Counted from the stretch's first letter, positions 10,824 through 23,744 are shown. The stretch is DNA of 64,000 nt from an uncultured Acidimicrobiia bacterium (GCA_963786955.1 CAWBAT010000006.1:32001-96000), one strand, 5' to 3'. The notes: generated by a model not told the origin, from the sequence alone. Program-made: numbers and translations.

Positions 10824-13298
10824 ATGCGAATCAGTTTCCTTTGGCTTTTGCTATTGCCACTGTTCCTTCAGCCAGCTTTCGGCCGCTCCTGGCAGCTGGA
10901 ACCCTCTACCCTCAAGTCGGCCACAAAAATTCTGGACCGGGATCTCAGCGCGATCAATCCGAGCGCAAGGGTGCAAGTCGATCGGGATCATCAAGCCGAT
11001 TCTTATGAGGTGAATTTCCAAGTTCCGTCGGATCTTCCCTCCTTCCTGGTGGTGACCACTCAGGCTTCGAAGCGCGGCCGCCTCACCATCCATCTTCAGC
11101 CGGTTCAGCTTCCGAGGGAACTCGAATCGGCCATCCCCAAGGAAGACTGGGCAAATCCAGGCCGGCTCTTCGACTTTCGAACCGTGGTTGAACTGGAGGA
11201 AGTGGCTCTAAAGGAAGGATCACCCCAAGAGCATATCCTCAGTCTGAATCGGGACTTCTTCGAGGCGGTCACGCGGGCCAAGCGCCCTTACGATCTGAGG
11301 GGACTTCAAATCGGACGCATCGCCTTTCACCTCTCCGTGCCGGTCGAGACAGGGCAGAAATTCCAGGTTCTCCGGGTTCGCGGTTGGGGTTTGAGCGGAC
11401 CTGCGAAAATTGAATTCCTGGAAGGTCTGGCCCGTCGCATCTCGGAGCGATGGGCGGGGCTTCCCACTGATTCTCCGGTCCGCAAATATTGGGGACCCGC
11501 CGTCGAACAGGCAGGGAAACGCGTTCGACAGTTCAATTCAAGGATGCCAGACGATCGTTCCTGGTGGGCTCTCGAAGAAGAACTCGAAGAGTTGTTGCAC
11601 AAGAGCAGAATCTGGTCAGTGGAACCTCGCTTCAAAAAGGGTTATTGGATGGGGACCGCCTCGAGTCTGACCAGGATTTCCGGCCGCCACGAAAAGTACG
11701 GGATTCCCGGCGGGCTTGCGAAAGATGTTGAACTGGAAATGGCTAAAAACGAATTCGAGAGTTTCCAAATCGTGCTTCTGGCGCCACTTGGCGCGGTTGG
11801 AGGGTTTCGTTTCAAAGCGTCGGATCTGCGCACCGAGGATGGATCCCAGACGATTGATTCGCACAACTTCAACTTTTATGAGCAGATTGAGCAATTCATC
11901 CAACCCAGCCCCGGCACGGCTCAGTCGCAGGTGGGCTGGCTGCCGGATGCCTTGATGCCTCTTGAAGAGCCGATTTCACTTTCAGCCGGAGAGATCAAGC
12001 CGATCTGGGTGAGTTTGAAGGTGCCAGAGGATGCCGGAGCGGGACAATACAGCGGGCGGATCACCCTCAGCGCCGATACAGAGGCACCTGTCAGCCTCAC
12101 CGTCAAACTGAAGGTTCATGATTTCGAGATTCCCCGGACCGGAAGATTTCGTACCCAAGGTCATCTCGACCTCCAAGGTTTGACTGAATGGTACCAAGAT
12201 AAGGACAGCCAGCGAATCAGGAAGGATTTCTATCGTTTGCTGCTCGAGCACCGATTCTCTCCCACCAGCGAATACAGTGCCCGGCTTTCTCCCGAGCTGG
12301 AAGATATTGGGTGGGCTTTGCAATCCGGCGCCAACGTGCTTCTGATTGGAGGATTCTCAAGCGGACCGCTCGATCCGGACATCATCGGCCCGGCTTATCA
12401 GTGGTTGGTCGAGAATGGATGCGTCGACCGGGCGATCATCTATATCGGGGATGAGACCGATGACTTCAAGGCAGTGCGCGAAAAGGCCGTCGCGATTCGC
12501 AGACAATGGCCCAAACTCCGGATCATGGTTGGGGGAAGCAAGCCGCGCGAGGAGCTGATCGGGTATGTGGATGTCTGGGATCCCATCACCTTCGGAGGGT
12601 TGACGTACAACTTCGACCCGGAATCCGTCCGGCAGGCCGTGGAGCGTGGAGAAGAGGTTTTCTGGTACACCTGCGTCGGGCCGCGGTCGCCATTCGCGAA
12701 CATTTACAATGATCATCCGTTGACGGCGATCCGGGCGCTTTGGTGGCAGGCTTGGAAATACGGCATTACGGGTTTCGAGTACTGGTGGTTCAACTGGTGG
12801 CGCCCAAACCTGGCGCTGAGCCAAGGGAGCCAGCCCTGGCCGCTGGGAAACCGGTCGAAGTGGGACAGCCGGAGCTATGATTGGGCCAATGGCGACGGGC
12901 TATTGGTCTATCCCGGCCCGAACGGGCGGCCCCTGGCCAGCCTCCGACTGAGCGTTTTGCGCGACGCCATGGAAGATTGGGAGGTTTTATTCCTACTGCA
13001 GCGCGCCGTTGAAAAAGCAACCGCTGAGCCAGCTGGCATCTTAGCTTCCCTCATCCGCGATGCCACCGAACTGCTTCGCGTGCCCTCGGAGATCACCACG
13101 GATCTGGCCCACTGGAGCGAGGATCCCAGAATCTACCTAGCTTATCGGCACAAGGCCTACCATCTTCTGGACGGATTCCGCGCCTCGATTGGCGGCGAGA
13201 AATTCGACCACTACGTCCAGGACTGGGAATCCAAGCGGAAGGCGTTTCTCCAGGAGAGCTTCGAAAAGAGAGTCGAAAATATTCGGGCCTCTCAATGA
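10824..13298 (+). CDS. Secreted DUF4091/GH123-like glycoside hydrolase
   Basis: GGAGA RBS before ATG 10824; signal MRISFLWLLLLPLFLQPAFG; AKNEFESFQI, WLPDAL, YIGDE, WYTC, GDGLLVYPG...SLRL..LRDAMEDWE. Confidence 0.8.
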   Translation: MRISFLWLLLLPLFLQPAFGRSWQLEPSTLKSATKILDRDLSAINPSARVQVDRDHQADSYEVNFQVPSDLPSFLVVTTQASKRGRLTIHLQPVQLPRELESAIPKEDWANPGRLFDFRTVVELEEVALKEGSPQEHILSLNRDFFEAVTRAKRPYDLRGLQIGRIAFHLSVPVETGQKFQVLRVRGWGLSGPAKIEFLEGLARRISERWAGLPTDSPVRKYWGPAVEQAGKRVRQFNSRMPDDRSWWALEEELEELLHKSRIWSVEPRFKKGYWMGTASSLTRISGRHEKYGIPGGLAKDVELEMAKNEFESFQIVLLAPLGAVGGFRFKASDLRTEDGSQTIDSHNFNFYEQIEQFIQPSPGTAQSQVGWLPDALMPLEEPISLSAGEIKPIWVSLKVPEDAGAGQYSGRITLSADTEAPVSLTVKLKVHDFEIPRTGRFRTQGHLDLQGLTEWYQDKDSQRIRKDFYRLLLEHRFSPTSEYSARLSPELEDIGWALQSGANVLLIGGFSSGPLDPDIIGPAYQWLVENGCVDRAIIYIGDETDDFKAVREKAVAIRRQWPKLRIMVGGSKPREELIGYVDVWDPITFGGLTYNFDPESVRQAVERGEEVFWYTCVGPRSPFANIYNDHPLTAIRALWWQAWKYGITGFEYWWFNWWRPNLALSQGSQPWPLGNRSKWDSRSYDWANGDGLLVYPGPNGRPLASLRLSVLRDAMEDWEVLFLLQRAVEKATAEPAGILASLIRDATELLRVPSEITTDLAHWSEDPRIYLAYRHKAYHLLDGFRASIGGEKFDHYVQDWESKRKAFLQESFEKRVENIRASQ

Positions 13299-13402
13299 TA
13301 ACCCATCTGGTAAGGATGAAGGATAAATGGCAGAGGTTAAGGGCTGAACAGTGATAGCAATGTTTAGACCTAAACCCATTTTTACCGACCCCAGTTTCCG
13401 CT

Positions 13403-14058
13403 TCAAGGTTTGACAAAGAAGGGAATGTTTGCGGTGGCGGCATTACCCTGACTATCGAACACGTAGAAGAATACACGGTAGGGCCATGGCATGCCGGGGG
13501 CAGTGAAGATTAGCTGGTGGCCGCCGGCTTTCTGGATGAGCTCCCGTATGGACGCGGGCCGCCGTTCACCTGCTCCGGCATATCCGCCCCGTGGCACTTC
13601 GGGAACGATCTCCCATTGGAACGTCAACCGGTCGCCTTCAGGGTCTTCGGCTTTCAATGTGGCAGTGTGCAGACTGCCAGGTTTCAAATAGACGTTGTCG
13701 CGGGCGGCCTGTCCGCCGATGCGGAAATCCTCGATGCGCGGCGCCCGGTTGGCGGGCAATTGGCCCGTCCACAGGTACTGCATCACGTTCACTGCCTCGG
13801 TCCGCTCGCCCGATTCCAGGAAAATGCCGTACCAGGTAAGCGTCCGCTCGCGCCGCGACTGCCAAGGGTGACGGTGATGCCAAGGCGTTGGGCCTCATCC
13901 AACATCCGCCGGAAAAAGACACCGGTGCGGATAGAATTACCTCCGCACGCCACGAGGTCCTTCAGAGGAAACTTGCCGGTCGGATCCGTCCAGTAACCGG
14001 CCCCTTTAATGTAGTAGGGAAGGCCGCCGCGGTACAGCCGGATTGTGGATCTTTTCAA
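13403..14058 (-). pseudogene. GH2 TIM-barrel-type glycoside hydrolase remnant with internal deletion
   Basis: N-terminal LYRGGLPYYIKGAG...GGNSIRT...LDEAQRLGITVTLG joined out of frame at about 13862 to C-terminal WQSRRERTLTWYGIFLESGE...MQYLWTG...NAATANIPF. Confidence 0.7.
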
Positions 14059-14260
14059 TGGCTTGTTTCGTCCTTGCGCCCATAAGAATCTGCGTCATAA
14101 GGTGCCGAGATAAATGGTGATGTGAATTCAATGATATGAAATCCCTGTCGGTTGTCAATTGATTTAGCGATCGTCTGGAGGAAGAAATCGCGGTGATAGA
14201 GGTCATACAAGCTCTATGCCTTTTTTCAGTTGAAAGGGGCACAGGTTTTGGGATTCGGCA

Positions 14261-16677
<2,417 letters not shown>

Positions 16678-17223
16678 AGGTTCCTGGATCTTCTTTCCGG
16701 TTGTTACCTTTTTTCACGATCTGGCTGGTTCCTTCACTCATTCCTGTTATCCTCAAGCAGCTCCTGCCCAGGCACACCATACGTACCCTAAGGGATAAGC
16801 CGCGGCTTTGTTTTTCCTGATAAATATAGAAGTGGGGCTGTTCTGCTTGTGTGTCAACGAGATCCTTTTCGTGGGTTTATCATTCTCGGTGAGGGTTGGT
16901 CATAATGCCAAGCAACAAAAATACCCGATTCCCGCTTTCTCGATACTCAATTGAAACCCGGCAAGCACCAATGTCCGGAAAAAAGGCACAACAATCCGCG
17001 CAGTTCCTTTTTTTGCGCCAATAGCCCGCCTTTTCAGGTCATTTGAAGTATATCAAATCGCGGGCTTTTTTTCCTTAGCTTTTCGAGGCTTGGTTCAAAC
17101 GTGGAACAGGTTCATGGCTGGTTGAATAGCGGGCCCAAAGTCCGCCAGTTTTTCAATTTATGCAAGAGTCCCAGGTGGGTTCAGGGAAGTCTTTTTGTCG
17201 AGCCTTCCATGAAGGAAAAAGCA

Positions 17224-17907
17224 TCAGGGTTTCAAATAAGGTTCGATAATGCTCTTCCAGAGATGATAGCCTTCAGGCCCAAGGTGAAGCTGATCTTCAC
17301 TGAGAAGCTCCGGACGAGGCTTTCCTTCCGGGGAGAGCATTTTGCTGTAGCTGTCGATGAATACCATCCATTCCTCATCATCCAGGTAATCCCGAATGAG
17401 CTGGTTAGTTTTCCGAATTTGGTCGTCCAGATGCCATCGGGCGATGGTGGGATTAATCGACACATAGGCCAGACGGGTTTGAGGAAGTTTTTCGTGGATC
17501 AATGTGGAAAGCACCACAAATGTCTCCAAGACTTCCTCAGGAGCCCTTCCATCCGCGATATCATTGCCGCCGATGAAGAGCACAATGAGCCTGGGCTTGT
17601 AGGGCAAAATGATCCGATCCGCATAGTACAGGACTTCCCTGATGAGAGCGCCGCCAAACCCGCGGTTGATCACGGGAAGGCCGGGAAAATCTTCCGCCAG
17701 AGTTTTCCAGAGCCGGATGGAGCTGCTCCCGACAAAAAGAATGCCTCCTGTCGGGGGGAATGATTTCTGGTCGGATGCTTCAAAGGCACGAATCTCCTCG
17801 GTAAAGCGAGGGGGCGCAGATTCCGCAGCTCCCAACCCTCCGTGCTTTAGGAGCAGACAGAGAACAAATATAATCAGGATTCTGATGGCATGTTTAGGAT
17901 TTTTCAT
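17224..17907 (-). CDS. SGNH/GDSL hydrolase, secreted
   Basis: FVGSSSIR, NRGFGG, GGNDI, DQLH; signal peptide. Confidence 0.9.
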   Translation of the reverse strand: MKNPKHAIRILIIFVLCLLLKHGGLGAAESAPPRFTEEIRAFEASDQKSFPPTGGILFVGSSSIRLWKTLAEDFPGLPVINRGFGGALIREVLYYADRIILPYKPRLIVLFIGGNDIADGRAPEEVLETFVVLSTLIHEKLPQTRLAYVSINPTIARWHLDDQIRKTNQLIRDYLDDEEWMVFIDSYSKMLSPEGKPRPELLSEDQLHLGPEGYHLWKSIIEPYLKP

Positions 17908-17957
17908 CGGCCTTGGATTCGCCTCCCCTTCTGAAGATTATTGCCGATCCAGTCCGC

Positions 17958-19570
17958 TTAGCGCAAGCATTTGGCAGCATGGCGAAGTTTTCCCAAAGCT
18001 TCTTTTTCTATTTGCCGAATGCGTTCCCGGGTGAGCATGAACTGATTCCCTATTTCTTCCAAGGTATACTCACTGCCGTCCACAAAACCATACCGCAGGC
18101 ATAGAATCTGCTTTTCCCTTTCTGACAGCTCTTCCAGCAGGTTCCGGCATTTGGCGTGAAAGTCGCGCGCAATAGTAATCTCCGAGGGATTGGATAAATT
18201 TTCATCCGACAAAAGGTTGAGCCGCTGCAATTCTCGCGGTCCTGCGGGCGAATCCAGAGAAAGCGTCTCTTGAGAAGTGCGCAAGACCGTGAGCACTTTC
18301 TCGACTGAAAGGCGGCTTTCCCGGGCAATCTCATCCGGCAGGGGATCGCGGCGCAATTGCTCTACCAACCCCCTTCGCACCCGGGCCAATTTTTGAGCCG
18401 CCAGGGAAAGGTGCTCGGGGACGCGCACGGTCTTCCCCTGCGCAAAAATCCCGCGAGTAATCGATTGGCGAATCCACCAGGTGGCGTAAGTTGAGAATTT
18501 GATGTTCCGGCTGATATCAAATTTATCCACCGCCCGCATCAAGCCCAAATTGCCTTCTTGAATCAAATCAAGAAAATTCAGGCTGTGGTGGTGGTATTTT
18601 TTTGCAATGGATACCACCAATCGCAAGTTGGCCTCCACGATTTCATTGTGAAGAAGTTGCTTTCTCTCCTCCAATTTGGCAAAGATCCTCAAAGCCCGGC
18701 TGACGTATTGGGGCGACACGCCCCATGCTTTCTGAAATTCACAAAGCTGTTGTTCCGCCTTTTGGATGGCAGCAGAGAGAATCGCCAGGGCTGGTGGTTT
18801 TCGTCCGCGAGTCTTTTGATTTCGGAACTCTCGCAAGGATCTTAGTATATATTCCGCATTGCGGCTCTGCACTTGCATCTTCTTGACCAGCAAATCAAAA
18901 ACCTTAGGGGCCGGCGGGTATTCAAACCATAGTTTTCTTGAATCTTCGCGAATCCGCCGAATTTTCACCCCCTCCGGATTCGACTTTGAAGTGTCGGAAA
19001 AATTCGCCAACTCTTCCACCTTGGCTAATAAGAATTTCGCCCGCCGTCGCCAAAGAACCAGAGCTTCTCTTTGCCGCGCCCCCTGTTGACCAGCTTCATA
19101 TTCCTTTTTTAATTCGAACAACTCCAAGGTCCCTGCCTCTGCCATTTCGTGCAGAATATTTCGCCAGATTTGGATGGACAGGGGAATTGCCGCCAGCAAT
19201 TTATCCTGCCGGATTTTAGCCCGATTCAGACGGGAAAAAGAGAAATTTCCCTGGGACGATTCAATAGGGAAACTTGGCCCATTTCATGAAAGTACTGCGA
19301 TAGCGGGTCGACACCGGGAGTTATCTCCTCTGCTTCTTCCCGAAAGGATTCGCCTAACCAAGAAGAAGCTGGCGAATCCATCCTGGAATCTTCCTCTTCA
19401 AATCGGTTGAGGATGGATTCTTTCCAATCCGCGGATTCCACCTCCGATTCCAGAGGTCCCGAATCGTCCTCACGATCTTGATCTCCCCCATTTAGAGAGA
19501 ATCGATCCATCTCGAGGCAAACCTCATCATTGAGTTGGATTTTTGCGATCATGTTATCTCTCTCAATCAT
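17958..19570 (-). CDS. RpoD/SigA-like sigma70 factor paralogue (one frameshift near 19230)
   Basis: Region 1.2 [16 protein letters not shown]; region 2 [43 protein letters not shown]; region 4 TLEEIG...TRERIRQIE. Confidence 0.9.
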
Positions 19571-19679
19571 TCACCAGTTGACCAGCGTTCTTAGTTGTCG
19601 TCGTCTTATGATTATAGCCAAAAAATCAGAGCTTAATTCTGTCTCATAGAAACTTTATCTTAATCATTTTGGAAAGGGG

Positions 19680-19735
19680 AAAAAATCAGGGAATACCTGA
19701 TTTTTTGGCGGGGGTGTCAGAGAAAACCTGACACC
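19680..19735. promoter_or_regulatory. Two TCAG-N7-CTGA palindromes upstream of the sigma gene
   Basis: AAAAAATCAGG-GAATA-CCTGATTTTTT (19680-19706) and GGTGTCAG-AGAAAAC-CTGACACC (19713-19735); minus-strand TATAAT at 19616-19611. Confidence 0.6.
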
Positions 19736-19809
19736 GTAAGGCGCCGATGGGCGAATGTGCCAGAACAGCTTCAGCTAGGGGGTCAATTTGTTTCTGCGTA
19801 CCGATAAAT

Positions 19810-20508
19810 TTAAGGAAATTTGTGTTTGGAGTTTGCTTCTTGGAGCAAGTTATGGCGCATGGCAAAAGTGATCAGTTCCGCGCGGTTGGTTAGTCCCAGC
19901 TTTTCCATGGCACGAGCCCGATAGGTTTCCACCGTTTTAACACTAAGAAAGAGAGAATCGGCAATCTCCCGATTGGTCCTGCCCAGGATCACTCCTTTCA
20001 TCACCTGGTGTTCCCGATCACTCAATTGTTCCCATAGATTTTCCGGGGCGTGTTTTTTTTGCGGAAGAAAGTCCTTCATGAGGTGATGGGTCAAGGTGGG
20101 ATCCACGAAAATTTCCCCTCGAACCATTGCGTGAATGGCCGTAATCAGTGTCTCGCTATTGCTGCTCTTTAAAACGTATCCCCGTGCTCCAGCATGCAAA
20201 GTTTCACGAAGGAGATTGGGCTCATCATACATGGACATAATCAAAATCGGGACCGAGGGGTATCGCAGAGCCAGAGTCTCAATGGCCATGATATCGATTT
20301 TAGGCATAGCCAGATCTGTAATAATCAGCTCAGGACGGAATCTTTCAGCCAATTCGAGAAGATTCTCTGTGGTATTAGCCTCGGCGATCACTCTCATGTC
20401 CAGTTGCTTTTCCACAATCATTCGCAAACCAGTGCGCAAGATCGCATGATCATCGGCGATTAGCACCTTCACACGATGTGAGTTTTCGCTTGCGGCAGGA
20501 TGTCTCAT
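19810..20508 (-). CDS. NarL/FixJ (NreC-like) response regulator
   Basis: REC domain IADDHAILR, TDLAMP, GYVLK; LuxR HTH LSDREHQV...TNREIADSLFLSVKTVETYRARAMEKL. Confidence 0.95.
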   Translation of the reverse strand: MRHPAASENSHRVKVLIADDHAILRTGLRMIVEKQLDMRVIAEANTTENLLELAERFRPELIITDLAMPKIDIMAIETLALRYPSVPILIMSMYDEPNLLRETLHAGARGYVLKSSNSETLITAIHAMVRGEIFVDPTLTHHLMKDFLPQKKHAPENLWEQLSDREHQVMKGVILGRTNREIADSLFLSVKTVETYRARAMEKLGLTNRAELITFAMRHNLLQEANSKHKFP

Positions 20509-20919
20509 GCTTTTTCCCAGAAAATGAGTCCCTTCGGTTCTTTAAATGTATGCCAATGGAATCTCATTCATTCTTTTCCCTTCCTCTTCCGTGAGCCTTT
20601 GAAATTAGCAAGGGAAAAGGGCAAGATTCCCTGAGCCGAGAGGGTCTACTTTTTTAAACTGGATTTTCACCTCAATTTTGACGATCTCCACAATTTGGGA
20701 AGGAGACCGCCTTCATATCTGCACAGATCATCACTCAATTTTAGGCACAAAGTATATGTGCCAAACCATTTGTTTTCCTCCTAAACAAAATGCAGTGAAA
20801 ACCAAAGGATCCTGGGGATCCAGGTTGGCCTGCAAGTGCACAACATGGTGTTTGAACAATTTGAGTGGTCTGCGAATCACCCTATAAATCGCATGGGAGT
20901 TTCTTGATACCCCGTCCTG

Positions 20920-21329
20920 CTCCCTACTACCGGGCGATCAATGCCGCGATCCATGCCAGCACCACCTGGAAGACGTTCAAGCATTGCGACGGCAGCATCC
21001 ACGAGCTGATCCCCGAGTTCATCGCGGACGGCTTCGACATCCTCAACCCCGTCCAGACGTCCGCAGCGCACATGGATGCGCTCACCCTCAAGAAGGAGTT
21101 CGGAGCCAACCTCGTCTTCTGGGGCGGCGGGATCGAGACGCAGTCGACCCTCCCGTTCGGAACTCCCGACGAGGTCTACCGGGAAGTCCGGGAGCGCATC
21201 GACATCTTCAACGACGGCGGTGGCTTCGTCTTCGCCGCGATCCACAACATCCAGCCCAACACGCCGGTTCTGAATCTATTGGCGATGATCCGCGCGTTGC
21301 GCGACAGCCGAGAGGCTTCAGGGTGGTAG
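20920..21329 (+). pseudogene. Uroporphyrinogen decarboxylase/MtaA-family protein, C-terminal fragment only
   Basis: HCDGSI..LIPEFIADGFDILNPVQ...FWGGGIETQSTLPFGTPDEV...GGGFVFAAIHNIQ; about 135 aa with no N-terminal half; base composition changes at about 20920. Confidence 0.8.
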
Positions 21330-21503
21330 GGCGCCACCCGAACCGGCCGACGGGGTCATCGAGCAAAGCCTAGATGACCCGTTTCCCGACACTGCGATGA
21401 ACATTTCGAAATAGTCCCATCCTTCTGAGCCAATGGGAGGTATACTGCCTCGGTACGGGAAGACCGCCCCCAATCTGGCGGGGATCCGTTCTGAGGAGGC
21501 TAT

Positions 21504-23744
21504 ATGTCGTCATACACTATCGCGCAATCGGCGCTTTGTTCCTTGCTGATCGCTGAGCTCCTGCTGGCCGCTCCCCCTGGCAAAGTCGACTTTGCCAGCG
21601 ACGTGCAGCCCATCCTGCGCCAGAACTGCGTCGGCTGCCACGGACCCACACAACAGATCAGCGGACTGCGCCTTGACCGCAAGAGCTCGGTTCTCGGCCG
21701 TAGAGGCGTTGTCCCCGGCAGTTCCGCCAACAGCTTTCTGTTCCACCGCGTCTCCGGTAACGCCTATGGCATGCAGATGCCGCCCACTGGCCCGCTACGG
21801 CCGGAACTGATCGAGACGATCAAAACCTGGATCGACCAGGGCGCCGACTGGCCCGATTCCCTCGCCAACGAAGCCGACCTCCCGCCGTTAAATCCCAAGG
21901 CGGTCGCCATGGTCGAAGCGTTGCGCACCGGTGACCAGGGCGCGTTTTCCAAATCCGTCGCCGAGGATGCGAAGCTCCTCAACGCGCGCGGACCTGAGGG
22001 CTCAACTCCGTTCATGTACGCGGTGCTCTACAGCGATGCAGCAACTCTGAAGCGGCTCCTGAAGCAGGGCGCCGATCCGAACAAACGCAACGATGAGAAC
22101 GCTTCCGCCCTCTTGTGGGCCGCCTCTGACCTCCCAAAAACACGCCTCCTTCTCAAGCACGGGGCGGACGTGAACACGCGATCGAACGACCTCCGCACAC
22201 CGCTCATGATCGCCGCACGCCGCCCAGGCAACGTGGCAACCGTCAAACTTCTGCTCGAGCACGGCGCCAATCCGAATCCCAACAAGAATCCCGCGACCGA
22301 ATCGTCGCCTCTGGTCGAGGCGGCCACCGCGGGTGACGCCGCTACTATCGAGCTGCTGCTCGTCCGGGGCGCCGATGCGAAAGCCGCCACGCAGCCTGCA
22401 CTCACGAACGCGATCAGCATTCAATGCTCGAAGTGCGTCTCCCTTCTGCTGGCGAAGGACCTTGATAAGGCGGCTATCAGCATGGTCCTCCCGGACATCG
22501 CAGTTCTCGGCGACGCCGGCGCCGTCCGGCAGTTGCTCGACCGCGGCGCAAACGTCAACGCCTTCGACGGACTCGGCCGCACACCGCTGATGTATGCCGC
22601 CGCCTCCGATCTCTTAGCTCTCGATGTTGTCAAACTGCTGATCGATCGCGGCGCCGACGTGAACGCCAGCGACCGTCATCCGGACGGCGGCGATTCCGGT
22701 CTCACGGCGCTCGACATCGCAAGGCTTCACGGTGACACGCCGATCGTCCAACTGCTCCTGAAATCCGGAGCGAAGAGCTCGTCCCCGAAGTCCCCGGTTC
22801 TGAAAGCGCGCCAGGAGAACTCGATCCAAAGCGCGGTCCAGGGGGGCCTTCCCTTGCTGCAACGGGCCGACGCCAATTTCGTTCCGAAGGCGGCCTGCGT
22901 CTCCTGCCACAACAACAGCCTCGCGGCAATGGCGGTCGCTGGCGCGCGCAAGAACGGATTCCAAGTGGACGAGAAGACCGCCACACAGCAAGTCAAGGCC
23001 AATGCCTTCGGTCTCGAAAAGATGCGCGAGAAGATGCACCAGGGCTTCTTCGTTCCCGTGGGAGATGTCTTCGGCCCGGTGGTGGTGAGCTACATTCTGG
23101 TGGGCCTCAACGCCGAGCGCTATCCGGCCGATCTCAATACCGACGCGGTCGCCATGTATCTGAAGTCGCGCCAATCGCCTGAGGGCCAGTGGGCGTATCC
23201 ACCCGCCGATAACCGGCCTCCGATCTGCTCGGACTCTATCGGTCAGACTGCGCTTTCGATGCGCGCGCTCCAGCTCTATGCGCCCAAGACAGACAAGGCG
23301 GCCTACGACGACGCAATCCAACGCGCGGGGGCGTGGATGGCGAAGGCGCGCCCGAGGGTCACCGACGATCGCAGTTGGCGCCTGCTCGGCCTCGCCTGGG
23401 CTGCTAAGGATAAGAGCGCGACACAGGACGCCATGAGCGAGCTGCTCGCGATTCAGCGAGCCGACGGCGGCTGGAGCGACATCGATACGATGGACAGCAG
23501 CGCCTACGCTACCGGGAAGGCTCTGTACGCTCTAAAAATCGCTGGAGTAGCCCAATCGGATGCAGCCTATGCGCGCGGGGTCAAGTACCTCCTGAGTACG
23601 CAGCAGGAGGACGGTTCGTGGTTCGTAAAGAGCCGTGCGATGACCCTCCAACCTTACTTTGACGCAGGCTTCCCGCACGGTTTCGACCAGTGGATTTCCG
23701 CTGCCGGTTCCAGTTGGGCAACACTGGCGCTGTTGCAAAAGTAG
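21504..23744 (+). CDS. Secreted fusion: planctomycete-type cytochrome c + ankyrin repeats + second CXXCH + prenyltransferase/squalene-cyclase-like repeats
   Basis: GAGGAGG RBS; VDFASDVQPILRQNCVGCH...WIDQGA; multiple TPLMxAA...GADVN repeats; CVSCH; QSPEGQW, QRADGGW, QQEDGSW. Confidence 0.85.
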   Translation: MSSYTIAQSALCSLLIAELLLAAPPGKVDFASDVQPILRQNCVGCHGPTQQISGLRLDRKSSVLGRRGVVPGSSANSFLFHRVSGNAYGMQMPPTGPLRPELIETIKTWIDQGADWPDSLANEADLPPLNPKAVAMVEALRTGDQGAFSKSVAEDAKLLNARGPEGSTPFMYAVLYSDAATLKRLLKQGADPNKRNDENASALLWAASDLPKTRLLLKHGADVNTRSNDLRTPLMIAARRPGNVATVKLLLEHGANPNPNKNPATESSPLVEAATAGDAATIELLLVRGADAKAATQPALTNAISIQCSKCVSLLLAKDLDKAAISMVLPDIAVLGDAGAVRQLLDRGANVNAFDGLGRTPLMYAAASDLLALDVVKLLIDRGADVNASDRHPDGGDSGLTALDIARLHGDTPIVQLLLKSGAKSSSPKSPVLKARQENSIQSAVQGGLPLLQRADANFVPKAACVSCHNNSLAAMAVAGARKNGFQVDEKTATQQVKANAFGLEKMREKMHQGFFVPVGDVFGPVVVSYILVGLNAERYPADLNTDAVAMYLKSRQSPEGQWAYPPADNRPPICSDSIGQTALSMRALQLYAPKTDKAAYDDAIQRAGAWMAKARPRVTDDRSWRLLGLAWAAKDKSATQDAMSELLAIQRADGGWSDIDTMDSSAYATGKALYALKIAGVAQSDAAYARGVKYLLSTQQEDGSWFVKSRAMTLQPYFDAGFPHGFDQWISAAGSSWATLALLQK

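Noticed and set aside
17022-17072. ncRNA or terminator from AGCCCGC...GCGGGCTTTTTTT upstream of gyrB
   Set aside because: Loop is long and the T-run is on the plus strand where no gene ends; function unsupported
17101-17763. 220-aa plus-strand ORF and similar long antisense ORFs (3177-3839, 6478-7200, 22614-23321, 32549-33247, 37790-38395, 38634-39320)
   Set aside because: Shadow frames opposite well-supported genes, with no motifs of their own
20744-20763. sigma54 promoter at TGGCAC (minus strand)
   Set aside because: No GC at the required GG-N10-GC spacing
21504-23744. Squalene-hopene cyclase call
   Set aside because: Only a few QW-like repeats, no DXDD motif, and the protein is exported with ankyrin and haem domains
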